64,000 nucleotides of DNA from Calditrichales bacterium (lineage in GTDB: Bacteria > Calditrichota > Calditrichia > Calditrichales > J004). Under the pieces are notes generated by a model that worked only from the letters and a program-made list of their open reading frames with translations, was not told where the DNA came from and did no database searches. Positions 36,799-45,073 of this stretch are shown here, piece by piece; position 1 is the first letter of the stretch, and each line of letters opens with the position of its first letter. A program made the position numbers and the translations under genes. Where the stretch lies: NCBI GenBank assembly GCA_965267575.1, contig OZ254086.1, positions 800,001 through 864,000 on the forward strand, read 5' to 3'.

Positions 36799-36827
36799 GC
36801 AGAGACGCAAGATTCTTGCGCCTCTGC
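36799..36827. repeat. GTAG-type REP-like palindrome (may act as terminator)
   Basis: gcagagacgcaagattcttgcgcctctgc between convergent genes. Confidence 0.6.
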
Positions 36828-36836
36828 ATAAAAAAA

Positions 36837-37364
36837 TTACCATTTCTGCGCGGCTCGTTCGGATGCTTCTTTTTGTTTGGCCAGTTGCTTGTCGCTTTCA
36901 GCGATAACCTGTGCCAGTATGATGCGTCTTTCGTCGGGTGTCTTATTTTCAAAATTGTAATACTGGTCGGCATTAAGACCGCTGGCCGTGGCCGCGCCCA
37001 CTATGCCGCCGGCAATGGCTCCAAGTAATGTTCCATACATTTGGCCCGGCGCGTAAAAAAATCCGCCACCGCCGGAACCTTTCGCAAGCTGATTGCCGAT
37101 AATGCCGCCGCCAATGGCACCGGCAACCGCCCCTACACCGGCGTACGATTTTTGCTCATGACGCATATATTTTATGGAATCTATAGCAACAGGATAGTTC
37201 TGGCCCAGTGTTTTTACAAAAAGCGTATCTCCATTTATGGCCTTTAAAACAACATCCTTATAGGGCTGGTTATCCTTTGTAACAATTTCCCAGATGGGTG
37301 TCTGACAAAAGGCGAGGTTTGTAATGGACATCATGAAAATAATAGCAGCAAAACTCTTTTTCAT
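36837..37364 (-). CDS. Exported hypothetical protein with glycine-zipper helices
   Basis: Signal peptide; GVGAVAGAIGGGIIG and GTLLGAIAGGIVG; GGAGG RBS. Confidence 0.75.
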   Translation of the reverse strand: MKKSFAAIIFMMSITNLAFCQTPIWEIVTKDNQPYKDVVLKAINGDTLFVKTLGQNYPVAIDSIKYMRHEQKSYAGVGAVAGAIGGGIIGNQLAKGSGGGGFFYAPGQMYGTLLGAIAGGIVGAATASGLNADQYYNFENKTPDERRIILAQVIAESDKQLAKQKEASERAAQKW

Positions 37365-37628
37365 CTTTACTTCCTCCGCAAAGAGAACCCGTAGAGAATA
37401 TACTTTTTATGTTAGCAGGCTACAAGTTTCCTTATTGCAATAATTTTGGCAATACACAATTACTATCTCAAACTAACGTCGCCGCCTTTTGATCGTTTTA
37501 TGTTGCTTTTGCCTTTAACCATAAATAATATTGAATCATAACAGTAAGGCCCCGCACTAAAACTTATTGTCCGGAAAAACGTTCTTTTTAACAGGCCCCG
37601 CCCAATACCATAAATGGGGAATACCGTT

Positions 37629-37787
37629 ATGCGCACCCTACTGCCTGTTTTTATCGCTATTATTACTGTGCTAATCGTCCTTTTCTTTGTCAAAACCAAA
37701 CCTTGGCCGGAGATGTCTACCACCGAAAAAGTGCTTGTAGTACTGATCCTGATCGTAGGTATTGTGTTGTTCATTTTAATGATCTGA
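37629..37787 (+). CDS. Putative 52-aa two-TM small membrane protein (below the ORF track cutoff)
   Basis: MRTLLPVFIAIITVLIVLFFVKTKPWPEMSTTEKVLVVLILIVGIVLFILMI*; GGGG upstream; alternative ATG at 37614. Confidence 0.55.
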   Translation: MRTLLPVFIAIITVLIVLFFVKTKPWPEMSTTEKVLVVLILIVGIVLFILMI

Positions 37788-37928
37788 CAAGTATCGCATA
37801 ACGCGGCAGAGTCATGGCACGATGTCCTTTTTTACTGTTTAAAATAGAGCAAAGATTTTTTTTGATTTTGCGATTTGCTAAGTTTGCAGCATCGCAGATT
37901 TTGCTATCGATTATAAAACCGGAAGGAC

Positions 37929-39059
37929 ATGATGAAAAGAGGATATATTTTGCTGTTTTTGGCCGTGTGGTTTTTTTTGAGTTCGTTGTCGTTCGGCGCA
38001 GAAGATTATTATTTCATCATCCGCGTCGATGACATTCAATCACGCATAAACTGGGAGCCGCGGCGCATTATTGATTTTGAAGAGGCGCTTGAAGCACGCG
38101 GCGCAAAAATATCCTGGGCGGTCATCCCGCACCGGCTAATTGAATCACAAAACGCCGATGGCGTCCTGGCGGAAGATCTGCGCCAATCCATTGCTGACGG
38201 GCATGAAATTGTTCTGCACGGTTATGTCCATATCTGCCCGCTGTGCAGCCAATCCAGCCACGAGATGTATTGCACCTTTTACAACACGGCGCATTCGTAC
38301 GAAACCCAGTCCGGCATGATCCGGGATGGCCTGCAGCTTTTGACGGACAGCGTTGGTTATACGCCGCTTGCCTTTGTACCGCCCGGCCACCACGCCGACA
38401 CGACCACCTATCAGGTGCTGCTGGACAGCGAATTCAAGTGGATCTCAACCACGGGAGCAACCAAAGATACAATCTACAAAAACCTGTTTAACCTGGCGCC
38501 GCACAATGAGTACACCTGGTATCTGACCGACGCCGACTACGACAACAAGCTTAACCAGGCGCTGGCCGATATCGATTCCAAATTCGAAAGCCAGGGTTAC
38601 TACTGCTTGCTGTTGCACGATCCCTTTACCCGTTCCGGCTACGAAGAGGGTCTGGTGATCGACTGGACGGCAGAGCTGCTGGATTCGCTGAATGCGCGTT
38701 ATGGTGAGAAGCTGAAGTATAAGACGCTAAGTGAAACGGCCGCGATCTTTGCAGACAGCGTGGCTACTTTTGTAAATGCGCCGCAAACCGTGCCGCAATC
38801 GGCGCAGCTATTCCAGAATTATCCCAACCCGTTTAACCCGCAAACCACCATTCGCTACGCGCTTCACCAAGCGGCGAATGTTGAACTGGCCGTATATAAC
38901 CTGTTGGGCCAGAAAGTGGCTGTATTGGTATCGGGCAGGCAACCGGCGGGAGTCTACACGGCTGTTTTTGACGGCGCGTCCTTGTCGAGCGGGGTCTACA
39001 TTTATGAATTGAAGACCGCTGAATCGATATCTCGAAAACGGATGCTTTTGTTAAGGTAG
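37929..39059 (+). CDS. Secreted polysaccharide deacetylase-like (DUF2334/NodB fold) protein with T9SS-type/FlgD-Ig C-terminal domain
   Basis: IRVDD, EIVLHGYVH, FVPPGH, LLLH; QNYPNPFNPQTTIRY...YNLLGQKV...SSGVYIY...KRMLLLR. Confidence 0.8.
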   Translation: MMKRGYILLFLAVWFFLSSLSFGAEDYYFIIRVDDIQSRINWEPRRIIDFEEALEARGAKISWAVIPHRLIESQNADGVLAEDLRQSIADGHEIVLHGYVHICPLCSQSSHEMYCTFYNTAHSYETQSGMIRDGLQLLTDSVGYTPLAFVPPGHHADTTTYQVLLDSEFKWISTTGATKDTIYKNLFNLAPHNEYTWYLTDADYDNKLNQALADIDSKFESQGYYCLLLHDPFTRSGYEEGLVIDWTAELLDSLNARYGEKLKYKTLSETAAIFADSVATFVNAPQTVPQSAQLFQNYPNPFNPQTTIRYALHQAANVELAVYNLLGQKVAVLVSGRQPAGVYTAVFDGASLSSGVYIYELKTAESISRKRMLLLR

Positions 39060-39062
39060 AAC

Positions 39063-39099
39063 AAAAAAAGCCCGTTATCATTTATGCGGCCGGGCTTTT
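39063..39099. terminator. Bidirectional intrinsic terminator
   Basis: aaaaaaagcccg...cgggctttt between convergent genes. Confidence 0.7.
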
Positions 39100-39118
39100 A
39101 ATTTTTTGGCGGATATTT

Positions 39119-40861
39119 TCAAGCTTCCAAAGCAGCTTTCCTTTTCTTCAACCAGTCTTTGATGTATTTAATCCAGGCAAAACTAAACACATAGGCATAG
39201 ACATAGGTACCTATAATAATTATCACAAAGGTTTTAGCGATATCCCAAACATCGCCCTGCAGCGTAAAGCCCGGCACATAGCCAAAAAGGAACGGTCCGA
39301 GGTACAGGAACTTGCCAAACTTGAAAGCCGAAAAGGCCGTTCGCCACATATTGGCCTTGGCGATCGTAGCACCGGCAAAAGCGGCGATACAGACCGGCGG
39401 GGAGATGTTGGAATCCTGAGAGAGCCAGTAAACGATCATATGCGCGGCCAGCTCATTGACACCCAGGTGCGTGAGCGCGGGAACAGCCACGACAGCGGTG
39501 ATAAGGTAAGCCGCCGTTACGGGGACGCCCATTCCCAAAATAAGAGAAGCCAGCGCGATAAAGAGAATCGTTAACACAAGATTGCCCGAAGCCAGCTCAA
39601 TTACGATGTCGGCAAAGGTCAGGATCAGACCGCTGAAGGTGAGCATGGAGATGATGATACCGATGATACCGACCGTGGCGCCGATTTTTAGGCTGGCTTC
39701 GGTGCCCATGCGCGCCGCTTCCACGAAACGCATCGGGGTCATCCGTGTATCTTTTTTAAAGTAGCTCACCGCGATACTGCTAACAATACCCATCACAGCC
39801 GCAAAGCCCGCGGAATAACCGAAAAGCATCAGTACGGTGATTATCACCAGCGGCGCTATGTAATACCACTCTTTCTTTAAAATTTCCCAGGCCGTGAATT
39901 TCGATTTTTCACCTTTGATATTATGCACCTTGGCCTCGTAATGCACCATCACAAACACGCTGAAGAAGTACATTAAAGCGGGGAAAATGGCCACAAGCAT
40001 GATGTACGAATAGGGTAATCCGGTAAGCTCAGCCATGATAAAGCCACCGGCACCCATGATAGGCGGCATAAACATACCGCCAATGGAAGCCGCCGGTTCA
40101 ACAGCCCCGGCTATATGCGGACGGAAGCCCACTTTTTTCATCAGGGGAATTGTGAATGCGCCGGTCGATACCGTGTTGGCAATGGCGCTGCCTGAAATGG
40201 AACCGAACAATCCGGACGCGATAACAGCCACTTTAGCCGGTCCACCGGTTTTATGGCCCACGGCGGCAATGGGGAAATCTATAAAAAACTTTTGCGCCCC
40301 GGAGCGTTCCAGGAAGGCGCCAAATAACACGAACAGCAGAACATAGGTAGCCAGAACGTTGGCCATAATGCCGAAGACACCGTCTTCTTTGAAAAAAATT
40401 GTCGTACATATCCCGAAAAAAGAATCGCCGAAATGCGCGATCATGCCGGGAAAATGCTGACCGTATACGCCGTAAAAAAGCATAAACGCGCCAATCAGCA
40501 CAAAGACCGTTCCCACAGCGCGTCGCGCCACTTCAATTCCAATAAGCACACCGATGACGGAAACCCATTGATCAAGCAATGTTTCGGCGCCCGCACGGTA
40601 GTTGATATCCTCAAAATTCAGCATCCAGTAAACTACCGTTACTGCAGAGGCGGTCATCAGTACATAGTCCAGAATACGCAGGTATTTGTTTTCCGATTTG
40701 TAGAGCATAAAAACCAGGATGTACGTGATAAAAACGTAAACCCCACGATGGTATTGCGTCGCTGCCGGAATCCATACAGCGGAGAGCGAATAAAAAAGAA
40801 CCAGAAATACCGACAATGCACTGAAGACTATTTTTTCATATTTATTTAATCTGTCAAACAC
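39119..40861 (-). CDS. TRAP transporter fused permease (4TM/12TM, TAXI-associated)
   Basis: GGPAKVAVIASGLFGSISGSAIAN, MPPIMGAGGFIMAE, LGMGVPVTAAY, SPPVCIAAF. Confidence 0.92.
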   Translation of the reverse strand: MFDRLNKYEKIVFSALSVFLVLFYSLSAVWIPAATQYHRGVYVFITYILVFMLYKSENKYLRILDYVLMTASAVTVVYWMLNFEDINYRAGAETLLDQWVSVIGVLIGIEVARRAVGTVFVLIGAFMLFYGVYGQHFPGMIAHFGDSFFGICTTIFFKEDGVFGIMANVLATYVLLFVLFGAFLERSGAQKFFIDFPIAAVGHKTGGPAKVAVIASGLFGSISGSAIANTVSTGAFTIPLMKKVGFRPHIAGAVEPAASIGGMFMPPIMGAGGFIMAELTGLPYSYIMLVAIFPALMYFFSVFVMVHYEAKVHNIKGEKSKFTAWEILKKEWYYIAPLVIITVLMLFGYSAGFAAVMGIVSSIAVSYFKKDTRMTPMRFVEAARMGTEASLKIGATVGIIGIIISMLTFSGLILTFADIVIELASGNLVLTILFIALASLILGMGVPVTAAYLITAVVAVPALTHLGVNELAAHMIVYWLSQDSNISPPVCIAAFAGATIAKANMWRTAFSAFKFGKFLYLGPFLFGYVPGFTLQGDVWDIAKTFVIIIIGTYVYAYVFSFAWIKYIKDWLKKRKAALEA

Positions 40862-40887
40862 GAACGCCTCCGTTCTGCGCTAAATAA

Positions 40888-40914
40888 GCCGGACCCGACA
40901 GAGACGGGCCCGGC
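40888..40914. other. Intercistronic GC-rich hairpin between TAXI and permease genes
   Basis: gccggacccg-acagaga-cgggcccggc; typical mRNA-stabilising or attenuating position. Confidence 0.5.
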
Positions 40915-40927
40915 GGGAAATGGGGCT

Positions 40928-41878
40928 TTACTTAATTACACCCTTTTCTTTCCAGAATTTTACAGCACCCGGATGCATTTCCGTTACAATGCCTTTCGTG
41001 CCGTTTTCAATGCTCATGGCCTTGGCCGATTTATGCACCTCAACCATGTACTTTAAACCCTCTTCGCTATATACGGTTTGTAAGAGCTTATACACATCGT
41101 CTTCGGAAACCTTGCTACTGGCAACCCACAACGCCGCGTCCTGAAATGTGTTGACGGGTTCGGTCTGGCCGGAGTATGTGTTGGCAGGAATGGTCACCTT
41201 GTTAAAGTAAGGATAGTCATTGAACAAGCCCGCTTCTTCGCCGGCTTTATAGGTGTCCAGTAAACGGATGTCCGTCTGCAAGGCTGCTTCAATAACCGAA
41301 GCATTGGGATAGCCTACGAATACCCAAAAGGCATCCAGTTGGTTGTTCTTGAAAGCGTCGGCGGCCTGGCGATAGCCCAGGTTTTCACGGGACATTTGTT
41401 CCCAAATGCCCAGTTGACGGAAGAACAGTTCGGCATTGGCCGCTGCACCGGAACCGGCGTTACCCACACCCACGCGCTTATCGGCAAGCTCCTTGGGATG
41501 CGTAATGCCTGATTTTTCTTTTACAACGAGCTGGGCAGGCGCGCCATAGAGATAGGCCACGGCCAGAACATTATCATATTTCTTGCCATCGTTGCGTAGT
41601 TTACCGTTGGAAGCTGCCCATACGTGTCCGGAATAGGTAACGGCGAAAGACGATTTGTTGTTGTCTATAAGACGAATGTTTTCGATGGCGCCACCGGAAG
41701 AGCTGGCCAATACTTTCATGCCGGCTTTTTTGGATAAGGTGGAAATGGCGCTGGCGTAGTATTGGAATGTACCGCCGGACGGGCCGCCGGAAAATTTATA
41801 AACCTGCGCGGAAAGTCCGCTAAATGCGCAGAAAAGCGCGCTTGCCAGTAAAATGATAAATAGTCTGCTTTTTAACAT
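40928..41878 (-). CDS. TAXI-family TRAP solute-binding protein
   Basis: GGPSGGTF, SGGAIENI, GNAGSG, IPANTY.GQ, HPGAVKFWKE.G. Confidence 0.92.
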   Translation of the reverse strand: MLKSRLFIILLASALFCAFSGLSAQVYKFSGGPSGGTFQYYASAISTLSKKAGMKVLASSSGGAIENIRLIDNNKSSFAVTYSGHVWAASNGKLRNDGKKYDNVLAVAYLYGAPAQLVVKEKSGITHPKELADKRVGVGNAGSGAAANAELFFRQLGIWEQMSRENLGYRQAADAFKNNQLDAFWVFVGYPNASVIEAALQTDIRLLDTYKAGEEAGLFNDYPYFNKVTIPANTYSGQTEPVNTFQDAALWVASSKVSEDDVYKLLQTVYSEEGLKYMVEVHKSAKAMSIENGTKGIVTEMHPGAVKFWKEKGVIK

Positions 41879-41917
41879 GATATTACTCCTCGTTTTGAGT
41901 TTAAAAAACCCGAAAGA

Positions 41918-42391
41918 CTAGTCCCGGTCCGTCACTTTTCTGACTACCAGGACATTGCACGTGGCGCGGCGTACCACTTTTTCGGTGGTGCTTCCGTAAA
42001 AGAAGTCCTGTAATCCGCTTAAACCGCGGGTAGCAATGGAGATCAGGTCAACCCCGGATTCTTTTTCCTGCTTTAAAATTTCATCATAAGGTACGCCTTC
42101 GCGGATCTTCACCTGGTATTTAACCCGGCGCTCGCCAATATATTTTTTAGCGAATTCCTGCAGCTCAGATATGGCCTGTTCGCGCATTTTCTTTTTCAAC
42201 TCATCCATCTTGACATCGTCAAGAAAGAAGAGCGGCTTTTTGTATACATCTTCCGTGATCACATGCAGAAATATGAGCTGGGAATTATTCTGCTCGGCAA
42301 GCAATACGGCCTGCTTCACAGCGATCCGCGAGCTTTGTGCGCCCAGTTCGGAAAAGTCGGTCGGGACTAAGATCTTTTCGGGTTTAAACAT
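41918..42391 (-). CDS. Universal stress protein
   Basis: KILVPTDFS, G.PY.EI, ATRG.SG...FFYGSTTEKVVR.A.C.VLVV. Confidence 0.92.
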   Translation of the reverse strand: MFKPEKILVPTDFSELGAQSSRIAVKQAVLLAEQNNSQLIFLHVITEDVYKKPLFFLDDVKMDELKKKMREQAISELQEFAKKYIGERRVKYQVKIREGVPYDEILKQEKESGVDLISIATRGLSGLQDFFYGSTTEKVVRRATCNVLVVRKVTDRD

Positions 42392-42403
42392 AGTGCGGCC
42401 TCA

Positions 42404-43522
42404 CTATTTGAATTTGATATCGAAACGGAATTCGATTTTGTGGCGTGTTTCAACCGTTTCACCTTCAAACGTTTTCTGAATCATACGCCACTCCGGCGAA
42501 ACCGAAAAATCGCCATACTCGCCTTTATGCAGCGTAATGGTGTAGCTCAGCCAGTGGTAGTAGAAATCCCACACAACGTCGGCAGCCAGTTCATCAGTGC
42601 GCGAGCCATAATCAATCCAGAACAGCAAGCTTCCCGGACCCAGTTTTCCTTTAACCTTTCCGCGAGCCAGCCAGCCGCTGTATTTATTGTTGGGCATGCC
42701 AGGGATTTTATCACCACCCATAGCAATATTTTCTTCACCCTGCATCGTGTAACCAAAAAACAGGCTTGGGCTCAGCGTGGAAATATTTGGCAGCGAAGCT
42801 TCAGCACCAAAGGTTATCGGCGCGGCCGAAGAATCATCGGCAATAACGGACGCCAGAACCATCGGCGCAACGCTGATGTTTTCCGATAACGGCAGGTTAT
42901 AATGCAGATACAAGGTATAGTTATCGTTGGAGTCGGACAGTTCGTTGCCATCCACATCTTCCCTGTAGATTCCGGCATTGTCATCTATAAGTAACGCGCC
43001 TGTGAGTTTGCCCGGGCCAAACTTATGATAGCCCCAAAAGCCGTAAGCGCCGTCGGTATTAAATATGAAATAGGGTATATCAATCATACCGGCCGGATAA
43101 AAGTGCAAATCAAATATGGGATTGTTATATGCCCCCATGAGAAACAAACCGATCTTAAAGCCACTGTTTTCCCCCAGCTGGCCCATATACATTTCCATAA
43201 AGTAAAGCGCTGTGCGGCCGGCACTTAAGTTAGAACTGCCGCTGGGCTTCGCTTCATTTGAGGAAATCGAATAATAGCCAAGCTCATTGCCGGAAACCAT
43301 CGTCTGGAACAGCCAGCCTTCACCTATATCTGCTTTCATGCGCAGGCGGGCACGATATTGGTGATACAGAGTTTGTGTAAGTTCACCACCACCGCCGGTG
43401 CGGTCGCGTACATCATAGCGCGGCCGGAAACGGGCATCGCCGGAAAACGAAACCTGGCTATAGGCTTCGCCGATTCCGCTAACCAGTAAAACGAGAAACA
43501 GTAAACGTATGTACTTGAACAT
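42404..43522 (-). CDS. Putative outer-membrane porin (alginate-export-like beta barrel)
   Basis: Signal peptide from ATG 43522 (GGGGG RBS); FSGDARFRPRYD...YRARLRM; C-terminal FRFDIKFK. Confidence 0.65.
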   Translation of the reverse strand: MFKYIRLLFLVLLVSGIGEAYSQVSFSGDARFRPRYDVRDRTGGGGELTQTLYHQYRARLRMKADIGEGWLFQTMVSGNELGYYSISSNEAKPSGSSNLSAGRTALYFMEMYMGQLGENSGFKIGLFLMGAYNNPIFDLHFYPAGMIDIPYFIFNTDGAYGFWGYHKFGPGKLTGALLIDDNAGIYREDVDGNELSDSNDNYTLYLHYNLPLSENISVAPMVLASVIADDSSAAPITFGAEASLPNISTLSPSLFFGYTMQGEENIAMGGDKIPGMPNNKYSGWLARGKVKGKLGPGSLLFWIDYGSRTDELAADVVWDFYYHWLSYTITLHKGEYGDFSVSPEWRMIQKTFEGETVETRHKIEFRFDIKFK

Positions 43523-43573
43523 ACAGCCCCCTTTTGTGAGAGTTATGAGTGAATGAAGCTTCGTGAAGTATTT

Positions 43574-43589
43574 AGCAAGGGCTGTGCCA
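43574..43589 (-). promoter_or_regulatory. Sigma54 (-24/-12) promoter
   Basis: Minus strand TGGCACAGCCCTTGCT with exact consensus spacing, about 52 bp upstream of the porin start and just downstream of a sigma54 activator gene. Confidence 0.85.
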
Positions 43590-43687
43590 GCCGGTTTTCC
43601 GGCACTCAGGCCGCAGAAAAGGGGTATTATACAGAAAACAATTATTTTTATAAGGAAAGCAATTCGGCCAAAATTCACCAAAAGCGG

Positions 43688-45073
43688 TCAATTTTCACCA
43701 TCATTGAAGCCCATCTTGGAGAGTTTATAACGCAGGGTTTCACGAGGAATTTTCAGCAGGCGCGCGGTTTGGCTGACGTTGTAGTTGGCTATGGTGCGGG
43801 CTTTTTTAATCAATTCCAATTCGACGTTGAACATAATTTCATCAAGCGGCATCTGGCCCAGGTTTTTGTCGGGACTGTCAGGCATCATGGCAGCTGACGG
43901 ATTAAGGATTTCACCGGGCAGGTTTTCAACCGAAACCATGCTGCCTTTTTGTAAAATGCAAATCCGCTCAACCACGTTTTTGAGTTCACGAATATTGCCG
44001 GGCCAGCTATACATCATTAATTGCCCGGAGGCCTCTTTGGAGAAGCCTTCTATCTTTTTATTAAACTTTTTATTAAACAACTCCAGAAAGTGCCTGGCCA
44101 GTATCAGGATGTCCTGCCCGCGTTCCCGCAGGGGCGGCATTTCCACGCGCAATACATTCAAACGGTAATAGAGGTCTTCGCGAAACTGTTTTTCGCGGAT
44201 AGCGTCCTGCAGGTCTCTGTTGGTCGCGGCCACGATGCGAAGGTCCACCTGGATATCCTGTGTGCCACCCAGGCGCCGGAATTTCTTGTTTTCCAGTACA
44301 CGCAAAAGCTTGGCCTGCAAACCGGCGGACATCTCGCCAATTTCATCCAAAAAAAGCGTGCCCCCGTTGGCTTTTTCAAACAGACCCTTCTTGCGCTGCT
44401 TCGCGTCTGTAAAGGCTCCCTTCTCGTAACCGAACAACTCACTTTCCAGTAGACTTTCCGGTATTGAGGCGCAGTTGATTTCAATAAATTCGTTACTGCG
44501 GCGCCGGCTGAGTTCATGCAGGGCCAGGGCGGCCAATTCCTTACCGGAGCCACTTTCGCCGGTAACAAGCACAGTTTCGGAATCGTGCTTGGCGAATTCT
44601 TCAATCTGGTGTTTCACTTTGTGGATGGCATCGCTTTCGCCCAGCATGGTCCTGGCGCCTGCATTGCTTTGGGAATCTTTAAGTTCCTTTACCCTTTCTT
44701 TAAGAGATTGTGTTTCCAGGGCCAGTCGCACGATCAGCTTTATGGCGTCCGCCTTAAAGGGTTTCCGCATGTAATCGTATGCCCCGAGCTTTAACGCTTC
44801 AACCGCCGATTCCACGGAGGCGTAGCCGGTAATTATAATCACCAGCAAGTCAGGCTGCATCACCTTTAGCTCTTTCAGCACCTTAATCCCGTTGGTGTCG
44901 GGAAGATTCAAATCCAGCAGAGCCAGATCGATTTGTTCCTTCTTAACGATCTCGCGGGCCTGTCTGCCGTTTTCGGCCAGATACAGCTTATAGCTTTCAC
45001 CGGAAAAGATGTTTTTAAGGTTCATGCGGATGAACTCTTCATCATCCACAGCCAGGATATTATAAATCGCCAT
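43688..45073 (-). CDS. Sigma54-dependent response regulator (NtrC/AtoC family)
   Basis: Receiver; GESGSGKE, ESELFG.EKGAFTDA, LFLDEIGE, WPGNIREL; Fis-type HTH. Confidence 0.95.
   Translation of the reverse strand: MAIYNILAVDDEEFIRMNLKNIFSGESYKLYLAENGRQAREIVKKEQIDLALLDLNLPDTNGIKVLKELKVMQPDLLVIIITGYASVESAVEALKLGAYDYMRKPFKADAIKLIVRLALETQSLKERVKELKDSQSNAGARTMLGESDAIHKVKHQIEEFAKHDSETVLVTGESGSGKELAALALHELSRRRSNEFIEINCASIPESLLESELFGYEKGAFTDAKQRKKGLFEKANGGTLFLDEIGEMSAGLQAKLLRVLENKKFRRLGGTQDIQVDLRIVAATNRDLQDAIREKQFREDLYYRLNVLRVEMPPLRERGQDILILARHFLELFNKKFNKKIEGFSKEASGQLMMYSWPGNIRELKNVVERICILQKGSMVSVENLPGEILNPSAAMMPDSPDKNLGQMPLDEIMFNVELELIKKARTIANYNVSQTARLLKIPRETLRYKLSKMGFNDGEN

Noticed and set aside
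37463-37774. 103-aa minus-strand ORF
   Set aside because: No motifs; it is antisense to a more protein-like two-TM ORF on the plus strand.
37815-37830. TGGCACG as a sigma54 promoter (also TGGCAC at 58853)
   Set aside because: No TTGC at the required -12 spacing.
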